64,000 bases of DNA from Andalucia godoyi And28 (Eukaryota; Protista; Jakobida). A program made the translations under genes and the position numbers. Of the stretch, positions 42,253 to 52,458 are shown piece by piece (the first letter of the stretch is position 1; each line of letters starts with the position of its first letter). The stretch covers positions 138,892 through 202,891 of the forward strand of contig VRVR01000037.1 in NCBI GenBank assembly GCA_009859145.1, read 5' to 3'. Under the pieces are notes generated by a model. The model was not told the origin of the DNA, did not search any database, and was given only the letters and a program-made list of their open reading frames with translations.

Positions 42253-43437
42253 ATGCAGGGCTGTTTGCGTCTCCCCGATTGGTTGTCTGTGGGAGAACGA
42301 AGACGAATAGCCAAAGATGCGCTGGTGCAGCTGATCACGCAGTCCGAGAACAGTCAGTCTCCTATGCAGTTTGATTCTTCTGCAGTATCGCACGAAGACG
42401 TGTTTGTCGCTGCTTCTGCGAAGTTGGCACTGCGGCTTCGGCTCCGTGGGTGCGATTCGAGCTCCAGCACCACGACGACCATCACTCCGAATGCACAATC
42501 TGTATCTGCAGCGCTGTCTTCAACTGGCCGAAAGCGAAGCACGGCTCCAATGGAAGCCAGTTTGATTCCGAATCCCGCGCCCAGCAAGAAGTTGAAAACT
42601 GCGGATGAATCGAGTGGGCAAACTGCTGCTAAATGGCTTGATAACAAGCATCTTCAGCAGGAACCGTGGACTGCGCTGGACTCTGCGATGATGAACGACA
42701 TTGCGCTGCATGCTGGCTTGTTTTTCAAGAGCGTGCATGCATCTTGGAGCGCTTTTTCCGACGAGGACTTGCAGAAGGTTGCAGGTCATTTGTTTGTCAC
42801 CCTGCAATCAGACTGTACGCTGCGCATGGCCTCGGCTTTTTCTGCTGAAATCTTGTGTCCGCGAGCAAAGCAACTTTCAACTCCGGCTTCACGAGCGCTG
42901 TTTCAGTGTTGCCGGATTGCATTTTCAGCATTTCCCTATGCGTTTGTCAAGGACTGCTTGCTTGACTGCATGGTTTTGTGCAGTTCTAACCCAAGCGTTT
43001 TGGATTTCGTTTCAAGATTCGTCAAGGAAGTGATGGACGAGTCGCAGTGTGCTCTGATGTTCACTTCCTTTGTGGACAAACACTGCCAAGTGGATCATAC
43101 AGGCGTGGCGTCGTCGACGCCGAGGATCTTTGATGTTGAAGGGCTGTTTGTGGCATTGCATCTGCTCATTTCAAAGATGGCTTGGCCGGCGCCAGAGCAG
43201 GTGGATGCGGGAGGCAAGACTGCCGAAGTTGCTGCCGTTTCCAAATTGTTGCAGGTGCTGACGTCCGTGGCAGAGAAGCACACCAAAAGCGTCAAGTTTG
43301 GGACGCTTCTTGTAGCAATTGGATCAAGGTCCTTTCTTGTGCTTGATGATGCAGGAAGACGCATGTTCCAGCAGTGCATATCTGCACACTCGTCCATGAT
43401 GAAGCGGGCGTGCTCCAAGTTCTTGGCACCCGTTTGA
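42253..43437 (+). CDS. FANCE: Fanconi anaemia group E (FANCE)-like protein
   Basis: C-terminal helical region: LCPRAKQLSTPASRALF, KSVKFGTLL, SMMKRACSKFL resemble the FANCE C-terminal domain. Confidence 0.6.
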   Translation: MQGCLRLPDWLSVGERRRIAKDALVQLITQSENSQSPMQFDSSAVSHEDVFVAASAKLALRLRLRGCDSSSSTTTTITPNAQSVSAALSSTGRKRSTAPMEASLIPNPAPSKKLKTADESSGQTAAKWLDNKHLQQEPWTALDSAMMNDIALHAGLFFKSVHASWSAFSDEDLQKVAGHLFVTLQSDCTLRMASAFSAEILCPRAKQLSTPASRALFQCCRIAFSAFPYAFVKDCLLDCMVLCSSNPSVLDFVSRFVKEVMDESQCALMFTSFVDKHCQVDHTGVASSTPRIFDVEGLFVALHLLISKMAWPAPEQVDAGGKTAEVAAVSKLLQVLTSVAEKHTKSVKFGTLLVAIGSRSFLVLDDAGRRMFQQCISAHSSMMKRACSKFLAPV

Positions 43438-43699
43438 CGGATCACCCGAGCGTTTTGAGCATGATTCAGTTGCCGCCTGACTCGATGTCCTCCGTCCCGA
43501 CTTCCGAGTTGTCCGTTCCTTGCATGCGGTTCCTTGACTGCAGATCTCAAGATTGGTTTTCCGGTTTTTTTTTTTTTCTGGGCGAAGCTTGCAATGGAAG
43601 ACGAATGATTTTGGTTTGACGATGATTTTTCTTCTTTTCTTCTTTTATATGTATTTGTTTTTGTTGTGAGCATTTTTACGCGTTTCAGCGTCACACAGC

Positions 43700-44215
43700 A
43701 CATTCTCACACGGAAAGCAACAGTATGTGAGGATCCCTGTCGTGAGAGCCTTATCCAGTAAACCGTCAGGAGCCGCGAGCCGTGAGCCGCGAGCCGTGAT
43801 CAAGACTCAGTAGGTGCTTTACTTGCGTTAGTGCGTCCCATGATTTATTATTATTATTCTTCTTCCTTGGCTCGAATGCCGAAGCTTCCGTAGTACAACG
43901 TCACATGCGGATATAACCCTCCAACCCCAAACGTCTGGTGGACGGCTGTGACGTTATCGGATAGTATGGCTGAAGGTGTGCAGGTCAAGGGACAACCGAT
44001 TCCTTGTAATCGCTGGTGGGCGCTGATGCTGACTGTAAAAATAAATAAAAAGTCACTTTATGCCGAAAAATCTGTTTGAGGCTGCCATGTCAGCAGAAAG
44101 AATTTGATGTTTCTAGTGTCTCAGTGTCAGTCCTCTGACATAGCACATTTTCCCTTGTTATTTGTTATCGAGTTCGCTTTGCAATGACAGGGCGCCACCA
44201 CCAAGTCATTCGCGA
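43700..44215. ncRNA. Candidate structured ncRNA locus (family unidentified)
   Basis: No ORF, more GC-balanced than typical intergenic DNA here, several stems (43702-43734; 9-bp AACGTCACA/TGTGACGTT at 43897-43955; TGTCAG/CTGACA). Confidence 0.3.
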
Positions 44216-44412
44216 AAGTGACTCTTACCAATGACTGCTCGATAGCCGGAAGTCCACTACCTGTCTCTCTACCCTCTTTTCTCTCTCTCCTTTTCTTTTC
44301 TTCTGTGTATGTCTGTCCGATTTGCCTTTTTCTCTCGTGGTTCCTCTTTCACTCTCTGGGGTTTTTCTTTCTTCTGAATTGTTGAGAACTTTCATCCACC
44401 GGAGCTGAAGAA

Positions 44413-45693
44413 ATGACTGACGACTCAATGGTTGTGGAGGCTACAAGGCTTCTCGAGCACTACTTGTCTCCGCAGAATCTTGCAGCCGATTCTTTTTTGG
44501 TCTCACATTTGGATTCCGAGAATTTCGTTCCTTTGTCAGTGCTTTCGACATTCCCCCTTCTGAAGGAGCTGAATGCGTCGAGTGAGCTGCTTGTGAAGGC
44601 AACTCGTGCATCGTCTCATCTCGAACTCTCAGCTTCGGAATCGGGTGTCCGTCAAAAGGAGTTCCAAAAGCCCAAGCGAACTACCATCATTTTGCGCGAT
44701 GTTCCTTCAGAAGTGAGTGCAGAAAAGATGGAAATAAGAAACGTCTTTGGAGATGCAAAGGACGAAATCACGTCAATCCGGGACGAAGTTGGAGGAAATG
44801 TGTTTGTCACCTTTGGAAACGCAACCGAGCAGAGAGTTTGCGAAATCTTCTTTTCTATTCGTGAAAAGCAACTTGGCGGAAAGCCAGTTCAGGCGCGCAT
44901 TAAAAACGAGACAATTGTCAGAGTCTCGCACTCCGTTGGTGGAAATTCGACGAATGTTTCCCCTGTCAACAACAGCACGTCCAGTGGCTCGATTCCCACT
45001 GGTTTTGGAATGAGCATTGGTGCAGGGCAATCGAATGCGAACACTGCACCTCGGTTTGCGTATTCTGGGAATGCGCAGCCCTCTGGTAGCAGGCGTGGAA
45101 ACCGCGGCGGAAGTAGCAGCAGCAGCAACAGCAGCAGCAGTAGTGGTGGTGTCGCAGTGCCCACCACCAGCTCAGCAGCTGGTGTTGTCTCCAGCACTTC
45201 TGCGATCGGTGTTTCGCAGTCCAATACCAATGGTACAAATGCGAACAATCCTTCAAGAAGTTCCCATGCTCGCACACATCGTAACAACAACTCGACTGCA
45301 CACGGATCAAGCAGTCAAGGCAGTTCGCAAGTCGTTGTACCCGTGACCTCGACTGTTCCAATGGCGCCTGTACAGAGCGACAAGCCGTCTGCACAAGATG
45401 TACAGTCCCTGAACACCGGAAGCAGCCAGTCCCAAGGAGGAAAGCGCGAGAAGCGAAGAAGAGGATCGTCCGCGGACAAGAAGGACGGCACTGCTGCTTT
45501 GGGAGCTGTTGCTCCTTCGGGAGGAAATGCTGGCCGTGGACGTGCTGGATCTTCCAACAATCGCGGATTCTTGTCAACGGACTTTCCCCCGCTGAACCAA
45601 AATGGCACCGCTGCCGTTCCTAGTGCAGCGTCTGTGGTATCGTCTTCTGCTGCACCTTCCGCTCAAAGAGGTTCTGCCAATGTTTCTTCTGGC

Positions 45694-45734
<41 letters not shown>

Positions 45735-46317
45735 TTCTTCTTCTGCGTCATCATTGACACCCTCTTCAGCTGTGGGTGCTCAGGAACCGACTGTCCAGGA
45801 GACATCCGAATCAGCAGCCGCAGCTGTTCCGAAGATCCATCACTTGTCTTTCGCTGCGGTTGCGAACGCTCCGTTTTCCGAGTCGCATTCAACGGCAGGT
45901 GTGTCGTCCAATGCTCCATCGCTGTCGTCCTCGAGTGGATCACGAGCGGTCGCAAGCAAGGAGAAGGATCGAAAGAAACCCGCATCCAGCGAGCAGAAGA
46001 AACCAGAGGAGAAGGATAAGTCTGAGAAGAAGGACGAGGGTGTGAAGGGTGGTAAGCGAGATGAGCGTAGAAGGCGACGTCCCAGTCGCAAGAATGAAGG
46101 TGAGGGTGATGTCTCCGCCTCCACCGCTGCCACTTCCGGTTCCGACGACGCTACTGCACCTGCTGGAGTTCCTGTTGTTTCGTCGTCGTCGTCGAATGTA
46201 CCAACTTCCGGGAAGATTTCGTACGCTTCCATCTTGAAGCAACAGCAGGAGGAGAAGCAACGAAAGGCCGCCGCCGCCGCAGCAGCAGCTTCCAAATCTG
46301 CCGAAGAATCTGCTTAG
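44413..46317 (+). CDS. La-related protein (LARP4-like): La motif, RRM and low-complexity tail
   Basis: LEHYLSPQNLAADSFL…FVPLSVLSTFP, RTTIILRDVP, VQARIK; Ser-rich and basic tail. Confidence 0.85.
45694..45732 (+). repeat. (TCA)13 coding microsatellite (poly-Ser)
   Basis: Read directly. Confidence 0.9.
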
Positions 46318-46878
46318 TGTTCTTATGATTCCGTTATCTGCTCCAGGTTACGCGTTTTGTCGTTTTGGATTTTGCCAACAACAAGTCGCATTGTGGAAAG
46401 GAATATGAAGAAGAGAAATCGAACACAGTGGAAGAGGAGCAGGAGCAGGAGCAGGTGAAGGAGAAGGAGAAAGGAGAAGGAGAAGGAGTGGTACGCAACT
46501 ATCTAGAGTCGTCAATGACGAGGGTACTATGTGAAAGATCAATATGTGTGAGGAAGAGAAAGGATTTTTTTTTGTTTTTTTTTTGTTTTGGGGAAGAGCA
46601 AGATCGGCGACATCGTTTTACTTCGAGAATGTGGAAGAGAATTGAGAACCAAAAAAAAAAAAAAAAAAGAGAAAAGAGAAAAAAGAAGAAGAAGGAAAGG
46701 AATGCCTTTACTATTGTCTAGAATGCGAAAAAGAAAAAAATATTTACAACATAAAGTAAAATGAAAAAAAAACGGGCGTCAGTCTCCAAGTCATTTGACA
46801 CGAGCGATGAGGTACGCTTAAATGACTATTCGACGATCACGGTCTTCATTGCACCGTGCACGTTTGCTTCATGATCCT

Positions 46879-48477
46879 TCATGACGGATCGGTGGTTCGG
46901 AAGTGGTCTCCTGTTACCTGGTGCCATTTCAAGGGATCTTCGCTTGAGAACGGAGTCCTGGGAGTGGCTCGTCGATCTGCACCAGACTTTGCAGTCTCAG
47001 AATCGATCATCACAAACGCTGTGCCTGATGCAACAGTTTCGTACGCCGGAACGCTAAAGGACCTATCTGCACTTGCAGACCGGTTCGCAGGGACAACAGG
47101 TACGCTTTCAGACTCGGAAGGCCTGCTGCAATCCTGGGTGCTCAAAGATGCTTGCGAGGCTTCCGAAATCCGTTCTTGTGCAAGCGACTCGTTCGACCGC
47201 TTTCGCAACCGCTGTCGCTGAGAGACTTCTGGACCTTCTGGAGCCTGGACCAACGCTGCTGGACTGCTTTGAACCTGCGGATTTTGCAAAGGCATCTGCA
47301 GCGTGGCAGAAAAGTTTGCAAACCTCGCTAGAGGTCCAGTGAGTGGAGGCGCGGACACCGGTCCAAGACGGGCATCCAGCGACGAGAAATCCCCAGTATC
47401 ATTTCGACTTTCTCGCGATGCCTGTCGAGACCGCTTTCTGTCTCGCAGCGGCGGGGCACTCGAGCTCCTTGAGGAGCTGCACGGAGAGCTCAAGCCCCTT
47501 GGAGAATGGTGGACGTTTGCTGCAACAGACTCGGCAACAGGCTGTCCAGTCGAAAATGCTCGGGGACAGTCTAATTTCAAGAAGTAGTCGTCAGAGCTCT
47601 GCCAAAACCGTTTGCAGCAAAGAACCGAGACAGCAATCGAGAAATCCCTCAGCGGACGAAACTGGGAGTGACCGTTTGCGAGCGACCAGATCAAGTGATG
47701 CGCCCTCGGAGGCCGCAGCACAAATTCATCAACAATCGGATTTATGTACAAGGGCTCTTGGAATGGTGGGAATCTCCACTGCTGACGAAGATGCTGTTCG
47801 TGATAGTGATGGTGCAGCTGCTGGCGATGATGATGGTATTGTTGAAGAAGATACTGTTGCTGTAGCAGAAGCGCATTTTCGTCTCGCTCGTCTGCCAGAA
47901 AGCGCTTCAAGGCATTGCACGGGCGCCCCACTGCTACAATTAAATTTCTTGCGTCAGTGGCATGCAGTGATTGCAGAGGCTCCGACGACAAAGTTCTATA
48001 CACAAGAGGATAGGTGGGCATTCCGTGCAGCGCACCATCAACATGCTCACGAGGAATGGTGAGCGCCGATCTGCTGTTTCGAGAACCCGAAGCTGGTGCT
48101 GCATCACGTACGGAGAGCACAGGAACCGGCAAGCCTCCAGGCCACGGGCTGCCTCGAGGTGGATGGGGATTAACGGCAGCGAACGGATCTACTGTTCTAG
48201 AGAACGCAGAGGCGGTGACATAGTAAGATTCTCGGTTGTGGATGCCTTCGGGACGAGGCTCCTGACCTGCATCTGTGGCACGTTCGTCCACCAAACTCGC
48301 TTCTCTCGGTTGGACATATCCAGAGGCCTGTTCTTTCTGAAGAACGGTTTGTCGGCGCTTCGGCATAGAGTCAGGAGGGGATGCTTCTAGACCTACACTT
48401 TCCTGCCTTGTCTTGGCACAAATACACACAAAACGACCGGACTGAAACCCCGCAGACTGTTGACGAAATCGGCACAA
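46879..48477 (-). CDS. Hypothetical low-complexity protein, possibly the last exon of a gene starting near 49860
   Basis: 532-codon ORF with Q/H run and Ser/Arg-rich regions. The 5' end looks intronic and a GTAAGT donor lies at 48671 on the minus strand. Confidence 0.55.
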   Translation of the reverse strand: MCRFRQQSAGFQSGRFVCICAKTRQESVGLEASPPDSMPKRRQTVLQKEQASGYVQPREASLVDERATDAGQEPRPEGIHNRESYYVTASAFSRTVDPFAAVNPHPPRGSPWPGGLPVPVLSVRDAAPASGSRNSRSALTIPREHVDGALHGMPTYPLVYRTLSSEPLQSLHATDARNLIVAVGRPCNALKRFLADERDENALLLQQQYLLQQYHHHRQQLHHHYHEQHLRQQWRFPPFQEPLYINPIVDEFVLRPPRAHHLIWSLANGHSQFRPLRDFSIAVSVLCCKRFWQSSDDYFLKLDCPRAFSTGQPVAESVAANVHHSPRGLSSPCSSSRSSSAPPLRDRKRSRQASRESRNDTGDFSSLDARLGPVSAPPLTGPLARFANFSATLQMPLQNPQVQSSPAALVQAPEGPEVSQRQRLRKRSNESLAQERISEASQASLSTQDCSRPSESESVPVVPANRSASADRSFSVPAYETVASGTAFVMIDSETAKSGADRRATPRTPFSSEDPLKWHQVTGDHFRTTDPS

Positions 48478-48638
48478 TGATGATACAACAACGCAGTGCA
48501 GAAGGATACCAAAGTGAGCACACTAGCACACAGAAGAGAGATATCTGACAGCAGAAAGGCGGATCAAAACGTTAAAAAAAGACAGCGAGGCCAGTTTGTA
48601 CTCTGTTCGAAGATGCATTGGTAGTAGAAAAGCAGCTC

Positions 48639-49857
48639 CTAAGTAAACAACTTGCAGGGTCTTCCACTTACAAACTGCTTGCTAGTTACGTCTGCAGGCC
48701 CGAGGGGGGACGTCGTGGGCACAACGATGAGAAGCGGCTGATTATGTCTGGGTCCAGGGGGAGGAAATTCGTGTCGCGCAAAAACAATCCTTTTCGTGGC
48801 ACGCTGTCTGGAACGGCACTGCAGCAGCAGCATCTCAGGGCGAGAAGGGTGCTCTCTCGGTCCTCGGATCTGCAAGGCTTGAAGGCTGAAAGCCACTCAA
48901 AAGACACTGTTGTGACGTGCGGTGCAACCTGGAATACCCCAACCCTCAGCTCATTCAGCTGGTGTTGCTGTCAGATCCCATCGAGCCAGCTCCGGAAAGT
49001 CGTGAGAGCACATCTTGCATCAGCAGCAATTCCAACATTTGCGAGGGTTCACGGGAAATCGGCGAATGGTGATTGGCGACTGGAGATGGTGCGACCGACA
49101 TTCGGCGTCATTTTGCTCTGTCGCGACAGGTGCATTGCCAACACAGCTCGTGGTCAGCGGTGGTGTGGTATTGGTCGTCTTTCTGCCTGAAACTGTCATG
49201 ATGTTGCCGTCGCCTATCTTTAGTTTCTCCGTGTCTGCTACGTCGCCCATCTCCGTGTCATGAAAGAACTTGACAAGTGTCGAATTTTGCTCATACACCC
49301 GCGGTCTTGCTCCACTTCTTGGGAGCAGATATCCGATTGTAACTTGACAGGTTGGAGAGGTCAGAAAGTCCCAAGCCCCTGATCGTCACCACCACTTGAC
49401 GCATGAGCCGGCCGGGTGGGAACTGGGGAGACCAGCTGTGGGGCTCCGGAGTCAGCTCCGTGCAATTCAGCAAACAGCCAGCGGTCTGGCTCAAGTCTGC
49501 GCAGCTGCCCTTCTCAAAGCTTCGTGAAACCCAGAAGAGCTTGTATGGGCTCACCGAATGGCCAGTAGGCAACTCCCGGTTGCTACCAAGCCTTTCCGCC
49601 CTTGGAGACGGGGAGGGGTGGGGTGGTGTGTATGGCTGACGCAAAAGTGCTTGCCGTTTGAGAGAGCAGGGACACCCCCGGGGTGCAAGCCCCTGCCATT
49701 CCACACAGCTCGGTGTCATGTAGACCACGACCTGCAAATGCACGTCTGACTGTACCGCCTCGTTCAAAGCGGCGACACGAACGAAGCATTTTGGTAAGGC
49801 CGGGCCGCTGGGTGGGTCCTCCGTCCCTTCTCCCCAGAATAAAAAGGCTGCTTTCAC
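48639..49857 (-). pseudogene. Interrupted IPT/TIG-like coding region (frameshift and in-frame TGAs, or unresolved introns)
   Basis: Removing one G from the GGG at 49372-49370 gives HSWSPQFPPGRLMRQVVVTIRGLDFLTSPTCQVTIG (IPT-like). The same frame continues with three TGAs clustered in 48897-49022. Confidence 0.35.
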
Positions 49858-49961
49858 ACATGTTCGTTTTTTTGTGCTGCTTCTTCGCTTTCTTTCTGTT
49901 GCTGCTTGCTGTTCTCTTCTGTCAGTTATCCTTTTTCATTGTTTTTTCCCCCCTCCAACTT

Positions 49962-51794
49962 TTACGCCACTTTTCTTTTCTTTGCATCCGCGTTCCTCCG
50001 GCGTTGCATGATCTCCTGAACACCCTCTGACTTTTTCATCTTCTTGAATTGTGGTGCTGTGGGATCCATCGCAAAGTCCGGATCGTGGATGAGCCCTGCA
50101 AAACGCTCATCCGCTGCATTGAGCGGCTTTGCCAACACTGCCCTTTCCCGTGCTTCTTCTTCGTCGTCATCGTCCTCGTCCATCGCACCTCTCTTCTTAC
50201 TACTCTTCTTGTTCTTGTCCTTCTTGGACGACGATTTGGACTTCGCGGCGTTCTTCAGTCGATTCTGTTCTTCAATCTCTTCAAAGTCCTCCATGTCCAA
50301 GTCGTCGTCATCGTTGTCCGACCCGGACGCATCGCTGCTGCTGAGAAGATCGCTCTTCCGGGCACCCTTCTTGAACTCTTTCGCCTGTTTCTTGGCTCCC
50401 TTTTTCTTTTCGTTGCGTTCACGAAGGTAGGTCTCCCACGTGGATTCTGCAGCCTTCTTTTCCTTGTCAACCATCTTTTTGGCAAGCCTGTCGCCAACGT
50501 CCTTCAGTCCCGACTGGAAAGTGACTTGCATGTCTCCCATCTTGTCTTCCTGCGCAGCCTCCTTGTCCAACGCCTTGATCAAGTCTCGGTACTTTGCTTT
50601 TCGAGTTTTTTTCCTTCCACCGGCGGCTGAGCCTGAGTCTGAGTCTGAGTCTGAGTTGGAACTCGAGTTGGAGGAAGAATCGCTGTCGTTTGCCGATTGC
50701 CCCCCGTCGTCGTCGTCGTCGTCGTCGTCGGATCCAGAGCCGATAAATGCGTTCAAGTCGTCTTCGATTTCCTTTTCCTTGGACCATTTTCGCCGCACCG
50801 CTTCCGTCATCACAGCAGTTCGCTTCGGATCCGTGCGCTCCCAAGTAAGCTCGACTTTGCTCGACTGCAGCGCCTTCGTAGCGAACTTGGGGGCCTTGTA
50901 CTTACTCGGATCCATTTCTCGCAAATCGTCATACACACTCACATCTCGAGGCTTCTTCTTGTTGAACTTGACATCATCCGGCACAAACCGCAGATCAAGC
51001 ACATTGGACGATGCCTCGACTTCAAGACCATCGCATTCGTCATAGATCTTGGACCCAGTCTCTACAGAATCACACTCGGCAATTGCGTAGTAGTACCGGA
51101 GTTTCTGCACCTCGTACTTTCTCAATGCTGTTTGGTCCACCTCATTCTCGTCCGCACCGTCGGCCAAATCAGCTGCGGCTGCTGACACACCGAGCTGGGG
51201 TCCTTTTCGGGCTTCGAGCTCCATCATCTTTTCACCAAAGTCGGAAGGGTATACACTCACTCGCAATACATGGCCAGTGGAGGGCACAAAGGACTCCAGA
51301 ATGACATGGATATCTCGCGCCGACATGTTTTCCCAGTCCAGATTCTCAACTGCAAGTCTCCGAGTTTCGCAATTCTTCTTCACCACAAGATCGCCGTACA
51401 GCACCGCATATGAATCGTCTTCAAACTCTACATCGTCCAATGGATCATCGGAATCGGACGACTCGTGAGAACTCTCACTGCTGCCCTGGGACTTCTCCCC
51501 TTCCTCTGGCTCTTGATTCACCTTCCTTTGAACACTCTCACTCTCACTGTCACTGTCGCTGTCACTGTCGCTATCATCCTCGGATGCATGACGCGGCACA
51601 GCAACAGCAGTAGCACCATTCAGTGACCTTTGTACATCACGCACATGTTTTTGCGGCCTTTCCAACGGCTTTAGATCAACGAGCTTCTTCGATGAAAAGC
51701 GCGAATCATCCGTTTTGTGGTTTTCCGACGAAGACTTGGTCTTGCGGAACCGCGGATCTGTCGCAATCTTTGAAAACCGAGCGTCAGGAAGCAT
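49962..51794 (-). CDS. ESF1: Pre-rRNA processing protein ESF1
   Basis: DARFSKIATDPRF, TRRLAVENLDW, VSVYPSDFG, LRKYEVQKLRYYYA, YDECDGLE, NVLDLRFVPDD, DERFAGLIHDPDFAMDPT. ATG at 51794 directly after TTGCAG; an upstream exon is possible. Confidence 0.92.
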   Translation of the reverse strand: MLPDARFSKIATDPRFRKTKSSSENHKTDDSRFSSKKLVDLKPLERPQKHVRDVQRSLNGATAVAVPRHASEDDSDSDSDSDSESESVQRKVNQEPEEGEKSQGSSESSHESSDSDDPLDDVEFEDDSYAVLYGDLVVKKNCETRRLAVENLDWENMSARDIHVILESFVPSTGHVLRVSVYPSDFGEKMMELEARKGPQLGVSAAAADLADGADENEVDQTALRKYEVQKLRYYYAIAECDSVETGSKIYDECDGLEVEASSNVLDLRFVPDDVKFNKKKPRDVSVYDDLREMDPSKYKAPKFATKALQSSKVELTWERTDPKRTAVMTEAVRRKWSKEKEIEDDLNAFIGSGSDDDDDDDDGGQSANDSDSSSNSSSNSDSDSDSGSAAGGRKKTRKAKYRDLIKALDKEAAQEDKMGDMQVTFQSGLKDVGDRLAKKMVDKEKKAAESTWETYLRERNEKKKGAKKQAKEFKKGARKSDLLSSSDASGSDNDDDDLDMEDFEEIEEQNRLKNAAKSKSSSKKDKNKKSSKKRGAMDEDDDDEEEARERAVLAKPLNAADERFAGLIHDPDFAMDPTAPQFKKMKKSEGVQEIMQRRRNADAKKRKVA

Positions 51795-51804
51795 CTGCAA
51801 AAAA

Positions 51805-51846
51805 CAATAACAATAACAATAGCAATAACAATAACAATAACAATAA
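51805..51846 (+). repeat. (CAATAA)7 microsatellite just upstream of the ESF1 start
   Basis: Read directly, one variant unit; produces the spurious YCYCYC in-frame extension. Confidence 0.9.
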
Positions 51847-52458
51847 TAATAATAACCTATCCTCTTAATCCTGCACTCTTTCAAAAAGTACAATCCTAAT
51901 AATCAAACCATAAATCAGCAGACACACACATTATGCAGAAAAGGGCGAAAGAAAATGTGCATGGGCTCAATTGATGCTACGTTTCCCCTTTAATTTCATC
52001 CGGAATTGCGGGGCATTGCCTGAAATGGAAATATGCTTACAAGTTTGATGGGCCGTTACTGATTGGGGAATGCGACGTGTTCATTATGCGGCGGTATGAG
52101 CAGACGAAGCCGAAGCAACGGCTTTCATAGGCTTTTACTTAGCGTGGCCCAAAGGAACAGAAGCGCAGCGAATGAGCTGAAAGAATCTTTGCAACTGCAT
52201 AACAGACGCTGAAAAGGATTCGTCGAAAGGGGAGGAAAAAAAAGAAGAAAAAGAGAAAACTTAGAAGATAATTCGTCCGTCCATTCGTACTATCCGCATC
52301 ATCATCATCATCGTCGTCGTCATCTAGCTTCCAACACAGCAGCAACTCTCTTCATTTTTTTCTCCCTTCGCTAATTTTGATTTGCATAGTTCCTGGGATA
52401 GTGGTCTGGTTAGCGGGTTTGTGGAGTGTGTGGTTGTCGATTCCGGACGGGTGTAAGT

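Noticed and set aside
43731-43840. TPP-riboswitch-like words on the minus strand (CTGAG, CCTGA, CTGGATAA, AGGGA)
   Set aside because: P2 (GGG/CCC) and P1 cannot form, P5 pairs poorly, and no thiamine gene lies on that strand nearby.
48897-49022. UGA reassignment or selenocysteine readthrough suggested by TGA-only in-frame stops
   Set aside because: Conserved genes (ARL8, folD, SYS1) end in TGA; an intron or CpG decay explains the pattern more simply.
49020-49070. NPRKCWNC as a retrotransposon gag zinc knuckle
   Set aside because: The CX2CX4HX4C pattern is incomplete and no RT or endonuclease follows.
51794-51893. YCYCYC N-terminal extension of ESF1 in the ORF track
   Set aside because: It is the translation of a (TTATTG)n microsatellite upstream of the true start or acceptor.
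52096-52130. ATGA…AA-loop hairpin resembling a SECIS
   Set aside because: It lacks the 3' GA of the non-Watson-Crick quartet and is not in the 3' UTR of a Sec-containing gene.
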